Shown here: piece after piece, positions 1 to 13,070 of the stretch
How the letters are laid out: every line of letters starts with the position of its first letter
How positions within the stretch are numbered: position 1 is the stretch's first letter
DNA from: Macrostomum lignano
Lineage: Eukaryota
NCBI GenBank assembly: GCA_002269645.1
Contig: NIVC01000317.1
Coordinates: 62,001-126,000 of the forward strand
Length of the DNA stretch: 64,000 nucleotides
Reading direction: 5' to 3'
Made by a program: the position numbers and the translations under genes
The notes under the pieces: generated by a model
What the model was told of the DNA's origin: nothing
Database searches by the model: none
What the model saw: the letters and a program-made list of their open reading frames with translations, nothing else

Positions 1-427
1 GCATCTGGCGTCGAAACTCGGCCTCCATGGTCGCCCAGCCAGCCGGTTGGTCCTGGGTTCGAGTCCACAGCGACACCCTGGCTTGGCCAACCAGCCTGCC
101 CATGGCGTACTCGATCTCCTGGGAGAACTCGGTGAGATTCCCCGGCAGCACGGCGGAATCCAGCAGGGTGTACACAATGCCCAGGTAGTTCTGCACCGTG
201 GCCAGGTGCGCCCTGCCTCCGGGGTCGATCATCCGGTAGAGCCTGGCGGTGTCGTACCGGCTGTGGTAGAGGTCGTACACAACCATGCGGGTCTCGTTGG
301 GCCGGATGTAGGACAGGTCCACGATGGGGACGCCCAGCGTGCGCCAGAACACGTAGTAGTCGGAGTAGGCGTCTGGCGTCTTGTAGAAGTGGTAGCGACT
401 GTCGCCGTTGGGGTCCGGGTTGGGCAC
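1..427 (-). CDS. Glutamate carboxypeptidase II / NAALADase-like (peptidase M28B), exon 4; gene continues past the left edge
   Basis: Acceptor ctgcaacag|GTG at 428/427, phase 0. Manual translation VPNPDPNGD...SDYYVFWRTLGVPIVDLSY...YDLYHSRYDT...LPGN matches the GCPII segment containing the YHS zinc ligand. Missed by the ORF track. Confidence 0.9.
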   Translation of the reverse strand, partial: MPNPDPNGDSRYHFYKTPDAYSDYYVFWRTLGVPIVDLSYIRPNETRMVVYDLYHSRYDTARLYRMIDPGGRAHLATVQNYLGIVYTLLDSAVLPGNLTEFSQEIEYAMGRLVGQARVSLWTRTQDQPAGWATMEAEFRRQM

Positions 428-454
428 CTGTTGCAGGAGGGAGAGGGAGCGAAG

Positions 455-1060
455 AGGGAGCGAAGAGGGTCAGAAGAGGCTGGATCGGGTGTCAGGAGAG
501 GCTGGATCGGGTGTCAGAGATGCTAATATGGAGTGTCAGGAGAGGCTGGATCGGGTGTCAGAGATGCTAAGATGGAGTGTCAGGAGAGGCTGGATCGAGT
601 GTCAGAGATGCTAATATGGAGTGTCAGGAGAGGCTGGATCGGGTGTCAGAGATACTAATATGGAGTGTCAGGAGAGGCTGGAACGGGTGTCAGAGATGCT
701 AATATGGAGTGTCAGGAGAGGCTGAAACGGGTGTCAGAGATGCTAATATGGAGTGTTAGGAGAGGCTGAAACGGGTGTCAGAGATGCTAAGATGGAGTGT
801 CAGGAGAGGCTGGAACGGGTGTCAGAGATGCTAAAATGGAGTGTCAGGAGAGGCTGGAACGGGTGTCAGAGATACCAGTATGGAGTATCAGGAGAGGCTG
901 GAACGGGTGTCAGAGATGCTAAGATGGAGTGTCAGGAGAGGCTGGAACGGGTGTCAGAGATGCTAAAATGGAGTGTCAGGAGAGGCTGGAACGGGTGTCA
1001 GAGATGCTAAGATGGAGTGTCAGGAGAGGCTGGAACGGGTGTCAGGAGGGGCTGGATCGG
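455..1060. repeat. 44-bp minisatellite (peptidase intron 3)
   Basis: Unit cagagatgctaatatggagtgtcaggagaggctggaacgggtgt. Confidence 0.92.
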
Positions 1061-1085
1061 GCGTCAGAGATCCCAGTTAGCCAAC

Positions 1086-1637
1086 CTCGTCGATGAGCTT
1101 GTCCAAGAAGCCTCGCCACCGTCGGAACGCGTGCACCATGACCTTCCAGTTGCCCATGATGTCAGTGTCCGTGTTGACGTACGCCACCAGCCGCCTGTCA
1201 GCCCGGCGCAGCTCCTCGTCCAGCCACTCAGCGCTGCCGATGAGGTTCCACTCCTCGGCGTCCCAGCTGCAGGCCAGCAGGGTCCGTCTGGGCCGCCAGC
1301 CGGTCCGCTGCAGCTCCGCCAGGGCGCGGGTGATCACCAGCAGGGAGCTGACGCCGCTGTGCGGGTCCAGCGCCCCGGAATGCCAGGCGTCTCGGTGGCC
1401 GCCGAGAAGCACGACCCTGTCCGGCTCCACCGCGCCCTTCACCTCCGTGCAGATGTCCCGGATGGGCAGCAGGCCGCGGCGCATCGGCCAGCGGATGCGG
1501 AGCCGCCGCAGTTGACTCGGCGAGCCGGCGGCCGACGACTTGGCGAAGTCGCGCAGCTGACGGGCGTCGGCCGCCGAAATCGGGATGGCCGGCTGGCTGG
1601 GCGGCGGTGGATCGAATTCGCTGCGGACTGCGAAGGC
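1086..1637 (-). CDS. GCPII/NAALADase-like peptidase, exon 3 (catalytic core)
   Basis: ctgcag|GCC acceptor, GAG|gttggc donor, 552 nt in phase. Encodes GAVEPDRVVLLGGHRDAW, ALDPHSG, RPRRTLLACSWDAEEW, AYVNTD, the M28 zinc/catalytic motifs. Confidence 0.93.
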
Positions 1638-1664
1638 CTGCAGGTTTGGCAGTTAAAAATAAAA

Positions 1665-2500
1665 GGACTTGGGATTTGGGATTCCCGATTTCTCGATTCG
1701 ATCGTGAGGGATTCGGGATTTAGGATTCGGTATTGGGGATTTGAGATTCGGGATTCGACTTAGTGATTGAGAATTCGGGATTTGGGATTTGGGATTCGGG
1801 ATTTAGGATTTGGGATTTAGGATTCGGTATTGGGGATTTAAGACTTGAAATTTGGGATTCGGGATTTGGGATTCGGGATTTGGGATTCGGGATTTGGGAT
1901 TCGGGATTTGGGATTCGGGATTTGGGATTCGGGATCTAGGATTTGGGATTTAGGATTCGGTATTGGGGATTTGAGAATCGGGACTTGAAATTTGGGATTT
2001 GGGATTTGGGATTCGGGATTTAGGATTTTGGATTTAGGATTCGGTATTGGGGATTTGAGATTCGGGATTCGACTTAGTGATTGAGAATTCGGGATTTGGG
2101 ATTTGGGATTCGGGATTTAGGATTTGGGATTTAGGATTCGGTATTGGGGATTTGAGAATCGGGACTTGAAATTTGGGATTTGAGATTTGGGATTCGGGAT
2201 TTAGGATTTGGGATTTAGGATTCGGTATTGGGGATTTGAGAATCGGGACTTGAAATTTGGGATTTGGGATTCGGAATTTGGGATTCGGGATTCGACTTAA
2301 TGATTGAGAATTCGGGATTTGGGATTTGGGATTCGGGATTTAGGATTAGGTATTGGGGATTTGAGAATCGGGACTTGAAATTTGAGATTTGGGATTTGGG
2401 ATTCGAGATTCGACTTAGAGATTGAGAATTCGGGATTCGGGATTCGGGACTTGGGATTCGTGATTTGGGATTCGGGATTTGGGATTCGGGATTCAGAATT
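1665..2500. repeat. Degenerate GGGATT(T/C) satellite (peptidase intron 2)
   Basis: gggatttgggattcgggattt units with recurring longer blocks. Confidence 0.92.
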
Positions 2501-2561
2501 CCAGATTTATAATTGGGATCGATGATTCAGAAGTTCTGACATGCAGAGCAGCACGGCCAAC

Positions 2562-2771
2562 CTTTGACGGATACATGGGAGTAGTCGGATCGCCCTTGAT
2601 GGCCGTGGCCAAGGTAGACTTCATCCAGATCAGGGTGTCGGGCACCCCTGGGCCGTCCGGGTAGATGGCCACGCCCGGCCGCGGCTCTGGAGCCAACTTC
2701 TTCAGCAGGCCAGCCGTCATGCCGAGCACGCTTGAGTTGACAGCTGTCGAGCTCGCTGAGCTGGCGCCAGC
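2562..2771 (-). CDS. GCPII/NAALADase-like peptidase, exon 2 (PA-domain end)
   Basis: PGVAIYPDG...GDPTTPMYPSK resembles GCPII PGVKSYPDG...GDPLTPGYPA. Donor AAG|gttggc is clear; acceptor aag|GCT at 2771 is the best in-phase guess. Confidence 0.8.
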
Positions 2772-2787
2772 CTTGAGAGTGGCAAGC

Positions 2788-3300
2788 GGTGGGATTATTG
2801 GGATTATAGTGGGATTTTTGGGATTAAAGTGAGATTATTGGGATTATAGTGGGATTATTGGGATTATAGTGGGATTTTTTTGATTATAGTGGGATTATTA
2901 GGATTATAGTGGGATTATTGGGATTACAGTGGGATTATTGGGATTACAGTGGGATTATTGGGATTACAGTAGGATTATTGCGGATTGCAGTGGGGATTAT
3001 TGGGGAGTACGGTGGGATTATCGGGGATTACAGTGGGATTATTGGGGATTGCAGTGGGATTATTGGGGATTGCAGTGAGATTATTGGGGATTACAATGGG
3101 ATTGTTGGGATTACAGTTGGATTATTAGGGATTACAGTGGGATTATCGGGGATTACAGTAGGATTATCGGGGATTACAGTGGGATTATCGGGGATTACAG
3201 TGGGATTATTGGGGATTACAGTGAGAGTATTGGGGATTACAGTGAGATTTTTGGGGATTACAGTGGGATTATTGGAGATAAAATTGGGATTATTGGGAAT
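2788..3300. repeat. GGGATTA-based 10/11-bp satellite (peptidase intron 1)
   Basis: Alternating gggattattg / gggattacagt. Confidence 0.92.
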
Positions 3301-3351
3301 TACCGTTGAGTAAATAATACGAAAAGTGATTAAGGATTAAAACGGCCTAAC

Positions 3352-4176
3352 CTCCAGCCCGACGTCCACCAGCACCACAATGTCCGCCAGCTGCTGGCGC
3401 AGGTTGTCGTCGGAAGTCCACGCCACCAGCTGGGCGAGCTGGTCCTCGGTAGCCAACCTGTAGCTGCCGTTCAGAGACTCCGTGTACGGCACTATGGAGG
3501 GCAGGGCGCCGACCACCCCGTCCTCGGGCGTCAGCGGCGGGTCCAGCCGGAGCTTCTCGTCGCACAGCTCGGCCGAAGACGAGTTCTGCGCCGCCTGGCG
3601 GCAGAGGAAAACGCCGACCTGATTCTGCGGCACCTCGCCGGTGCTCAGGAAGCTCAGCGCCACTGAGTAGGTCCGGTTCAGCACCGGCAGGCCCTGGCCG
3701 CGCCACTGGCCCGCCACATAGTCCGCGTGGAACCCGGCGTCGGGACTGCCTGCTCGCGACTGCCGGCTGGCCAAGATGGTCACGTGACCCTCCAGCTCCT
3801 CCGGCGAGTTGGCCAGCCGCCGCAGCCGAGCCCGGTTGGCCGCCAGCTGTCCGCCGTCCGGCCAGAAGCTTCGGCCGGCATCGCTGGCTGGCGAGCCGGG
3901 GTGGACGCGGGTGGCGAGCAGGGTGACAGCAAAGCTGATGAGGCAGCCCAGCACGAAGGCGCACAGGGCCACCCCGGCGACACTGTAGACACCTCCGCTG
4001 ACCCCGCCGCTGCTGCCGCCGCCGCCGCCGATGGAGCCGCCGTTTCTGTGTCGTCCCGGCCGCGACACCAGCGTGGCGTCGTCTTCGACCATCTCGGCGG
4101 CCTCATAGGACACCTGGCGGTGCGCAGGCGGCTGCCGCTGCAGCTGGGTTGGAAAACTGTCAGCTGATGTTGACAT
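3352..4176 (-). CDS. GCPII/NAALADase-like peptidase, exon 1 (cytoplasmic tail, type II TM helix, start of ectodomain)
   Basis: ATG at 4176. Hydrophobic VAGVALCAFVLGCLISFAVTLLA, then HVTILASRQSRAGS...YVAGQW...YSVALS like the GCPII N-terminal ectodomain. Donor GAG|gttagg, 825 nt. Confidence 0.85.
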
Positions 4177-4849
4177 CGCGTGAGCCCCAGAGCTCGGATT
4201 CCAAGGCAGGAAGGAGGGCTGCAGAGCTCCGGCGTGCTTTAACTCGGCACGCAGGCCCGTCTGCAGATCCGCCGCATCCTCGAATTCCGTGCTGATTGGC
4301 CGATGCCTCGCGCACCTGTCATTTCCGTCGGCTGCTTTCGTGAAAAAGAGGGGAAATTAACCCGCTCGAGCTCGGCCCGCCAGCGGCAAGGAAACTGTCT
4401 GGGGAATTTCTGGGCAGCTTTATCCAACTTTATCAGGCGATAGAAAGGTTTGGACATGAAAAATAGACAGGACAGAAAGCGTGCCAGAGGATCTAATAAA
4501 GAAGAGAGAGGGGGCAGGCAGATATGGCAGAGAGGACGCGTGAGGAGCAGAAGAAGGCAGGGAGAATCGCGAGCAGAAGATAAAAAAGGCGATGGGTACT
4601 TCGACATCCACGTGAGGGAAATTGCACTGCGGGGAAACGAGTTCCCACCGACAGACAGTAGCGAACAGGATGAGGCTGCCCTGCTGCTTGCACTCACAGA
4701 ACTGCAAAGTTGTTTCGCTTTGGCCCAATTTTGCTGACAGAAAACTCGCTACTTCTGGCCATTCAGGCTCAGCTTTGCCGCCGCGGGTCGGCCGCAGACC
4801 GGCTGCCTCGGCTGCGTGTTCCAGGGATGAGGCTCACTGTGAGACCTGT

Positions 4850-4851
4850 GG

Positions 4852-4902
<51 letters not shown>

Positions 4903-4903
4903 C

Positions 4904-4943
<40 letters not shown>

Positions 4944-5247
4944 CTGGGACACCAAGACACTGGGACACCAAGACACTGGGACACCAAGACACTGGGACAC
5001 CAAGACACTGGGACACCAAGACACTGGGACACCAAGACACTGGGACACCAAGACACTGGGACACCAAGACACTGGGACACCAAGACACTGGGACACCAAG
5101 ACACTGGGACACCAAGACACTGGGACACCAAGACACTGGGACACCAAGACACTGGGACACCAAGACACTGGGACACCAAGACACTGGGACACCAAGACAC
5201 TGGGACACCAAGACACTGGGACACCAAGACACTGGGACATCCAGACA
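4850..5247. repeat. (GACA)n followed by a 16-bp minisatellite
   Basis: GACA run 4850-4940, then GACACTGGGACACCAA about 19 times. Confidence 0.95.
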
Positions 5248-5889
5248 CTAAGCCAGTCACAAGTTCTAAGTTGCACTGCACGATATGAACCTGCACTGTT
5301 CACTGATAATCCTCAACAGTGACTTGGTGACTAAAAATTCAAAATCCTCAATTCCAAAAATCGCAAAACCTTCTAGCTGTGGTCGAACTGATTTCCCCTC
5401 TCGAATAGACCTGTCTTTTGTCGCAAGTCCTTCAGTTAAGCTTCCAGCTGTTGCCAGCCAACCGAAGCACCGAGGAAGCACAGAGGTACAACCGTGACAT
5501 TTCTGAACAGGGTAAGGATGCAATTTCTGCATGATTTTTTCACCGGAGATGCGACAAGCATACAGTGCACTTTCTGAACAAAAATCATACCGCATAAGTT
5601 CTATATAAGCGCACTCTACCGTGTATTGCACACTAGAACAGCTTAGAAGCAATAGAATTTCTGATATCTTAATGCCTGCGCTGGGTAGTTGACGGCAATG
5701 GGGGCCCAACTTTTCGCATTTGCGATTGCTGAAGTAGAAGTGAATTTTTCTTCCAGGCGGTACAGAAAAAACCTTAATTAGAAACTAGGGCGGGTCTGGC
5801 CAGTCACATTTGGACTGCCGATGACAACTAGGGACCTTAAGCGTCTGCGTCATTTTTACCTGACACATATCTCACTGTTTAAATCTTCT

Positions 5890-6500
<611 letters not shown>

Positions 6501-7129
6501 GTAAAGTCAGGTACACTTTTCAGCAGATGGAAGCGGGCTGCCGTAGCGATGGCAGCCGAGGCCTAGACAGCCCCGCAGCACAGGGAGAGGGGGGCAGCAT
6601 GTGATTGCGTGTTCATTTCACGTTCAGTCGCAGCTTTGATGTGACGCGCAGCAGCTCAGGGCTCACAAATTTCTGGAACAGGTTTGGCCTTGGCCGGTAA
6701 TCACTAAGCAGCCCCTTTAGGTCGCAAACAGCTTCTCGGCCTTGATTTGCCTGGATACAAGCTAGCTAGTAACACAAAAGTCTGAGCGATACTCTCGTTT
6801 CGATAAGCACCTTGATGAGCTCCTGCGGGTTGCAGATCAATTAGTCGCGGTAGAAGCCAGTCTAAATAATAATCACAAATCCTACTCAGAATCTAGAGCA
6901 GAAATGCTTCGGGTCGAAGGTAATCAACTGCATGCCAAGAGTCTTCATTCCCATAGTCCGGGCTTCCTTCCAGAGACTTAATTAAGTTTATATGTAGTGC
7001 CTAGGATTTTTAAATGAGGGGGACTAACACAGATGCTATCGAATTGTTTCAACACGGATTTTTCGAATGATTTTTTCATTCAAAACAAAGGGTTTTGAAA
7101 TCTGTTCAGCCTAAGTACGCAGCTAGATA

Positions 7130-7550
7130 GATGTCTTAGAAAACTGCGCTCATTTATTCTAGCATTCTTAGAAAACTGCGCGTTTATTCCAGCATTCTTA
7201 GAAACTGCACGCTTATTCTAGCGTTCTTAGAAAACTGCGCGCGTTTATTCTAGTATTCTTATAAAGCTGCGCGTGTTTATTCTAGCATTCTTAGAAACTG
7301 CACGTTTATTCTAGCATTCTTAGAAAACTGCGCGCATTTATTCCAGAACTCTTAGAAAACTGCGCGCATTTATTCCAGAACTCTTAGAAAACTGCGCGCA
7401 TTTATTCCAGAACTCTTAGAAAACTGCGCGTGTTTATTCTAGCATTCTTAGAAAACTGCGCGCGTTTATTCTAGTTTCTTAGAAAACTGCGCGCCTTTAT
7501 CCCAGAATTCGTGGGAAATGGTGCACGATTGCTCCAACTTTCTTAGAAAA
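7130..7550. repeat. ~31-33-bp minisatellite
   Basis: Unit ttcttagaaaactgcgcgcatttattctagca. Confidence 0.9.
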
Positions 7551-8110
7551 CTGTGGGCGCCAATTGCTGCATTTTTAGAAATGAATAACTTGAAACATTA
7601 TTTATATTTATTAGCGTTAATCTCAACCAACGAAGTTTTGGCAATTACAGAGTGCCGCTGAGTCGGTTAAAATTTATTTAGCAATGGAATTCAATGAGAG
7701 AAACACATCGTTACTGAAATTTGCGGCAATCGAAAAAATATTAGCATTTTTGTAATAAAATATAAAAGTTGATACAGTGCGTTTTTGATCATAATATTAC
7801 ACGGGGCATCAGTGAAAATTATTATAAAATCTGATATTAGTAAGTCAGCGGATCATTCTAGCCTACTGTAAGTAGTGCTCTGCACTATTTTTATTGAAAA
7901 TCCCTCAATATTTATTAGTCAGCAAGTGCCAGCAAACTGGATTTCGATACATATCGGTGGGTGGCGTCACATATGGTTCTTTTAGTGCTAATTTCGCTAC
8001 CTATTGGCATGTTTTCAAACACAGTGCTCTACATGCTTTTTCGATACATATCGGTAGGTGACGTCACACACAATAATTTACCAGTCATTTCGATACATAT
8101 CGGTCGCTGT

Positions 8111-8854
8111 TTACCAAGCCGACATGGTGCCCGAGCTGACTGGCGCCAACGAGTTCGATCGCATGTAGCGCGCCGGCGCCGGCGCCGCTCCACCTACGGC
8201 GCCAATCGTGGGCGGACGTCCCGCTGGCCACAGGCCGCTGGGGCCGCCAATCGATCGCTTGCGGCCTCCCGGAGCCGCCGCGGCCGCCGCAGCCGCAGCC
8301 ACAGCCGCCGCAGCCCGGCCAGAATTGGCGCTGCTGGCCCGCCTGAGCTGATGAAGCTGCCGGTTCTGCTCCCGCCTGTCCTGAAAATGCCGCTCCAAGT
8401 CGGCAGCTTCAGCTAGCAGACGTCTGTGCTGCTGCTGTTGTTGCTGCTGCTGCTGTTGAATGTGCAGCAGCAGCTGGTTCCGCTGCAGCTGCTGACTGAG
8501 GCGGCTGGATGGCAGGCAGGACTGCTGCTGCTGCTGCTGCAGGCGAAGCGAGTAACCTGACGGCGCGCCGGCCTGATAAGAGAACGACTTCCTCAGCGGC
8601 GGCCGGGTATGATGGCCAGATGACGAAGTGGTCGACGGTCGGCGACGGGCTGCCACAGAGACGGCGGCTGGCGGATCGCCGATGTACAGCGACGGTGGCG
8701 GCCGGGGCGTCGGTGGCTCCGCAGCCGGTGGAGGCGGCGGCTGCTGGTGCTCGTGGGAGTCGCTGGTGGCGGAGCAGCTGCTGCTGCACTCCGGACTGGC
8801 CAGGGTGGCGCACTGTGTGGAGTAGGCGGGGATGACGAAGCTTTGCTCGGGTGA
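8111..8854 (-). CDS. Orphan single-pass membrane protein, exon 5 (terminal, disordered Q/A/P-rich tail)
   Basis: cccag|TCA acceptor in phase with the exon 4 donor. 744 nt open to a stop, GC-rich codon-like sequence. Confidence 0.75.
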   Translation of the reverse strand, partial: SPEQSFVIPAYSTQCATLASPECSSSCSATSDSHEHQQPPPPPAAEPPTPRPPPSLYIGDPPAAVSVAARRRPSTTSSSGHHTRPPLRKSFSYQAGAPSGYSLRLQQQQQQSCLPSSRLSQQLQRNQLLLHIQQQQQQQQQQHRRLLAEAADLERHFQDRREQNRQLHQLRRASSANSGRAAAAVAAAAAAAAAPGGRKRSIGGPSGLWPAGRPPTIGAVGGAAPAPARYMRSNSLAPVSSGTMSAW

Positions 8855-8859
8855 CTGGG

Positions 8860-9375
8860 ATGGAGAGAGGGAGACTGGGAGACAGGGAGAAGGAGACAGG
8901 GAGAGGGAGAGAGGGAGGGAGGGAGACAGGGAGAAGGGGACAGGGAGAGGGGGAGAGGGAGAGAGGGAGACAGGGAGAAGGAGACAGGGAAAGGAGGAGA
9001 GGGGAGCCCGGGAGAAGGAGAGAGGGAGAAGTAGAGAGGGAGACGGAGACAGGGAGAGGGGGAGAGGGAGAGAGCGAGACAAGGAAAGGGGGAGAGGGAG
9101 AGAGGGAGACAGGGAGAAGGGGAGAGGGAGAAGGAGAGAGAGGGAGACAGGGAGAGGGGGAGAGGGAGAGAGCGAGACAGGGAAAGGGGGGGAGGGAGAG
9201 AGGGAGACAGGGAGAAGGGGAGAGGGAGAAGGAGAGAGAGGGAGACAGGGAGAGGGGGAGAGGGAGAGAGCGACACAGGGAGAAGGAGACAGGGAAAGGA
9301 GGAGAGGGGAGAGGGAGACCGGGAGAAGGAGAGAGGGAGAAGTAGAGAGGGAGACGGAGACAGGGAGAGGGAGAG
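8860..9375. repeat. GA-rich satellite
   Basis: gggagaggg/gacagggag units. Confidence 0.9.
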
Positions 9376-9754
9376 AGGTAGTGTGCAGTAAATTTTGAGA
9401 AAAGCTGAACAAGTGCATTGCTGAATTAATTGTACAAATACGCAGACAAGACGAAATTTCCTAGAAATGTCAAAACGGTCTGAAAGGCGAGCCAACTGCA
9501 GACGCAAGCTGGCTACATTTCCCCTTCTTGCACGCAAAAACCCAATTAACTGAAGTAAAGCAGGAGTCTGACAAGACCAGTACAATCGGCAAAATGATAC
9601 TAGGAATTATGCATTTTATGACTCTAAAACTTGCCTCGGCCATAAAATATCCATTGGAAATAATTTTTAATGAACACTTTGGAATCAAACAGCCTGCCAC
9701 ACAGACTGCAAGATTCTACATTCTACATACGACATTTCTTTCTAATGACTCACC

Positions 9755-11077
9755 CCTTGATCTGCCCCCATGATCTGCCCCATGATCTGCCCCCATGATC
9801 TGCCCCATGATCTGCCCCATGATCTGCCCCATGATCTGCCACATGATCTGCCCCATGATCTGCCCCATGATCTGCCCCATGATCTGCCCCATGATCTGCC
9901 CCATGATCTGCCCCATGATCTGCCCCATGATCTGCCCCATGATCTGCCCCATGATCTGCCCCATGATCTGCCCCATGATCTGCCCCATGATCTGCCCCAT
10001 GATCTGCCCCATGATCTGCCCCATGATCTGCCCCATGATCTGCCCCATGATCTGCCCCATGATCTGCCCCATGATCTGCCCATGATCTGCCCCATGATCT
10101 GCCCCATGATCTGCCCCATGATCTGCCCCATGATCTGCCCCATGATCTGCCCCATGATCTGCCCCATGATCTGCCCCATGATCTGCCCCATGATCTGCCC
10201 CATGATCTGCCCCATGATCTGCCCCATGATCTGCCCCATGATCTGCCCCATGATCTGCCCCATGATCTGCCCCATGATCTGCCCCATGATCTGCCCCATG
10301 ATCTGCCCCATGATCTGCCCCATGATCTGCCCCATGATCTGCCCCATGATCTGCCCCATGATCTGCCCCATGATCTGCCCCATGATCTGCCCCATGATCT
10401 GCCCCATGATCTGCCCCATGATCTGCCCCATGATCTGCCCCATGATCTGCCCCATGATCTGCCCCATGATCTGCCCCATGATCTGCCCCATGATCTGCCC
10501 CATGATCTGCCCCATGATCTGCCCCATGATCTGCCCCATGATCTGCCCCATGATCTGCCCCATGATCTGCCCCATGATCTGCCCCATGATCTGCCCCATG
10601 ATCTGCCCCATGATCTGCCCCATGATCTGCCCCATGATCTGCCCCATGATCTGCCCCATGATCTGCCCCATGATCTGCCCCATGATCTGCCCCATGATCT
10701 GCCCATGATCTGCCCATGATCTGCCCCATGATCTGCCCCATGATCTGCCCCATGATCTGCCCCATGATCTGCCCCATGATCTGCCCCATGATCTGCCCCA
10801 TGATCTGCCCCATGATCTGCCCCATGATCTGCCCCATGATCTGCCCCATGATCTGCCCCATGATCTGCCCATGATCTGCCCCATGATCTGCCCCATGATC
10901 TGCCCCATGATCTGCCCCATGATCTGCCCCATGATCTGCCCCATGATCTGCCCCATGATCTGCCCCATGATCTGCCCCATGATCTGCCCCATGATCTGCC
11001 CCATGATCTGCCCCATGATCTGCCCCATGATCTGCCCCATGATCTGCCCCATGATCTGCCCCATGATCTGCCACATG
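9755..11077. repeat. Near-perfect 12-bp minisatellite (CATGATCTGCCC)n
   Basis: About 110 units with a few 11-nt variants; lies in the intron between exons 4 and 5. Confidence 0.97.
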
Positions 11078-11089
11078 ATTCGCACTCAC

Positions 11090-11224
11090 CGAATTCGAGT
11101 CCACCGCTATCGACGCCGCGGCTGCAGCAGGGGCGGTTGTCACGGCAACAGCGGCACCCTGAGCGAACTCCTCAGACTGGGTCAAGGAGCTGCGGTCCAG
11201 GTCGCCGGACTCAGACGGGTTGGA
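11090..11224 (-). CDS. Orphan single-pass membrane protein, exon 4
   Basis: ttgcag|TCC acceptor, TCG|gtgagt donor, 135 nt, SNPSESGDLDRSS...DSNS. Confidence 0.75.
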
Positions 11225-11298
11225 CTGCAACATGCGAGAGCGGAAGGGTCAGGGCTTTGAATGGAATTTTGTTGCTGGGACTACAGCCAGAGCCTCAC

Positions 11299-11494
11299 CA
11301 TAGCGTCGAGCTCCTGCACATTGTCCAGCGAGGCAAAGTCCACAATGAAGAATGGTGGCTCCGCGACGGCCGAGTTCCTCGACCGGCTGGCTGCCGCCGC
11401 CTCGCTTAGCCGGCATTCGATGCTCTTCTTGCGCAGACTCTGCAACTCCTTCTCCATCTGGCGTCGCTTGTGCAGCTTCTTCTTTAGCCGGTTG
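11299..11494 (-). CDS. Orphan single-pass membrane protein, exon 3 (basic juxtamembrane segment)
   Basis: ctgcag|C AAC acceptor (phase 2), ATG|gtgagg donor. RNRLKKKLHKRRQMEKELQSLRKK...FFIVDFASLDNVQELDAM, followed by a 74-nt intron. Confidence 0.8.
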
Positions 11495-11529
11495 CTGCAG
11501 TAGCAAAGAGAATAGGCATATTAGTGTAC

Positions 11530-13070
11530 TGGGAGTGTGGGGTAGGGAGCAAGGAGGGGCAGGGAGTGAGGAAGGACAGGGAGCAAGGAGGGGCAGGGAG
11601 TGAGGAAGGACAGGGAGTGAGGAGGGGCAGGGAGTGAGGAGAGGCAGGGAGTGAGGAGAGGGGGGGGGTTTCACAAACTCGAAATTTCACAACGTCGAAA
11701 GCACCTTCTTTCACAAGGTCGAAATTTCACAAGGTTGAAATTTCATAACATCGAAAGTTTTAGCAAGAGACTTCACAAGGTCGAAACTTCAAAAGGTCGA
11801 AATTTCACAACGTAGAAAACTACTGTATGGTTCTTGATATATAAAATTTTCGACTTTGTGAAATTTCGAGCTTATGAAGTTTCTACCTTGTGAAAGTGGC
11901 TGCTATTTGAGTTTTCGATGTTTTGAAATTTCGACCTTATGAAATTTCGACCTTATGAAATCTCTTGCTAGATTTTTCGATGTTGTGAAATTTCGACCTT
12001 GTGAAGTTTCGACCTTGTGAAAGTGGCTGCTATTTGAGTTTTCGATGTTTTGAAATTTCGACCTTATGAAATTTCGACCTTATGAAGTCTCTTGCTAAAG
12101 TTTTCGATGTTGTGAAATAATTTACTTTTCGACGTTGTGAAATTTCGACCTTGTGAAAGCACCCCAGAGAGGCAGGGAGTGAGGAAGGACAGGGAGTGAG
12201 GAGGGGCAGGGAGAGAGGAGGGGTAGGGAGCGAGGAGGGGTAGGGAGTGAGGAGGGGCAGGGAGCGAGAAGGGGCAGGGAGTGAGGAAGGACAGGGAGTG
12301 AGGAGGGGTAGGGAGCGAGGAGGGGTAGGGAGTGAGGAGGGGCAGGGAGCGAGAAGGGGCAGGGAGCGAGAAGGGGCAGGGAGTGAGGAAGGACAGGGAG
12401 TGAGGAGGGGCAGGGAGCAAGAAGGGGTAGGGAGCAAGGAGGGCAGGGAGTGAGGAGGGGCGGGGAGTGAGGAGGGGCGGGGAGTGAGGAGGGGCAGGGA
12501 GTGAGGAGGGGCAGGGAGTGAGGAGGGGCAGGGAGTGAGGAGGGCCAGGGAGTGAGGAGGGGCAGGGAGTGAGGAGGGGCAGGGAGTGAGGAAGGACAGG
12601 GAGTGAGGAGGGGTAGGGAGCGAGGAGGGGTAGGGAGTGAGGAGGGGCAGGGAGCGAGAAGGGGCAGGGAGTGAGGAAGGACAGGGAGTGAGGAGGGACA
12701 GGGAGTGAGGAGGGGCAGGGAGTGAGGAAGGACAGGGAGTGAGGAGGGGCAGGGAGCAAGAAGGGGTAGGGAGCAAGGAGGGCAGGGAGTGAGGAGGGGC
12801 GGGGAGTGAGGAGGGGCAGGGAGTGAGGAGGGGCAGGGAGTGAGGAGGGGCAGGGAGTGAGGAGGGGCAGGGAGTGAGGAGGGGCAGGGAGTGAGGAGGG
12901 GCAGGGAGTGAGGAGGGGCAGGGAGTGAGGAGGGGCAGGGAGTGAGGAGGGGCAGGGAGTGAGGAGGGGCAGGGAGTGAGGAGGGGCAGGGAGTGAGGAG
13001 GGGCAGGGAGTGAGGAGGGGCAGGGAGTGAGGAGGGGCAGGGAGTGAGGAGGGGCAGGGAGTGAAGAGGA
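11530..13070. repeat. 18-bp minisatellite (GGAGTGAGGAGGGGCAGG-type)
   Basis: Present on both sides of the 11660-12165 foldback. Confidence 0.92.
11660..12165. mobile_element. Foldback (MULE-like) non-autonomous element inside an 18-bp satellite
   Basis: The left arm of aaggtcgaaatttcac subrepeats faces a right arm of gtgaaatttcgacctt. GGGG...CCCC termini. No clean TSD. Confidence 0.65.

Noticed and set aside
6731-6743. gcttctcggcctt matching the 5' end of U2 snRNA
   Set aside because: Only 13 nt match; the branch-recognition sequence and Sm site do not follow.
9716-11085. Long ORFs in five frames (GADH, GQIM, GRSW, MICP, PHDL repeats)
   Set aside because: Translation of a stop-poor 12-bp satellite. 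A canonical gtgagt donor at 11089 removes it as intron.
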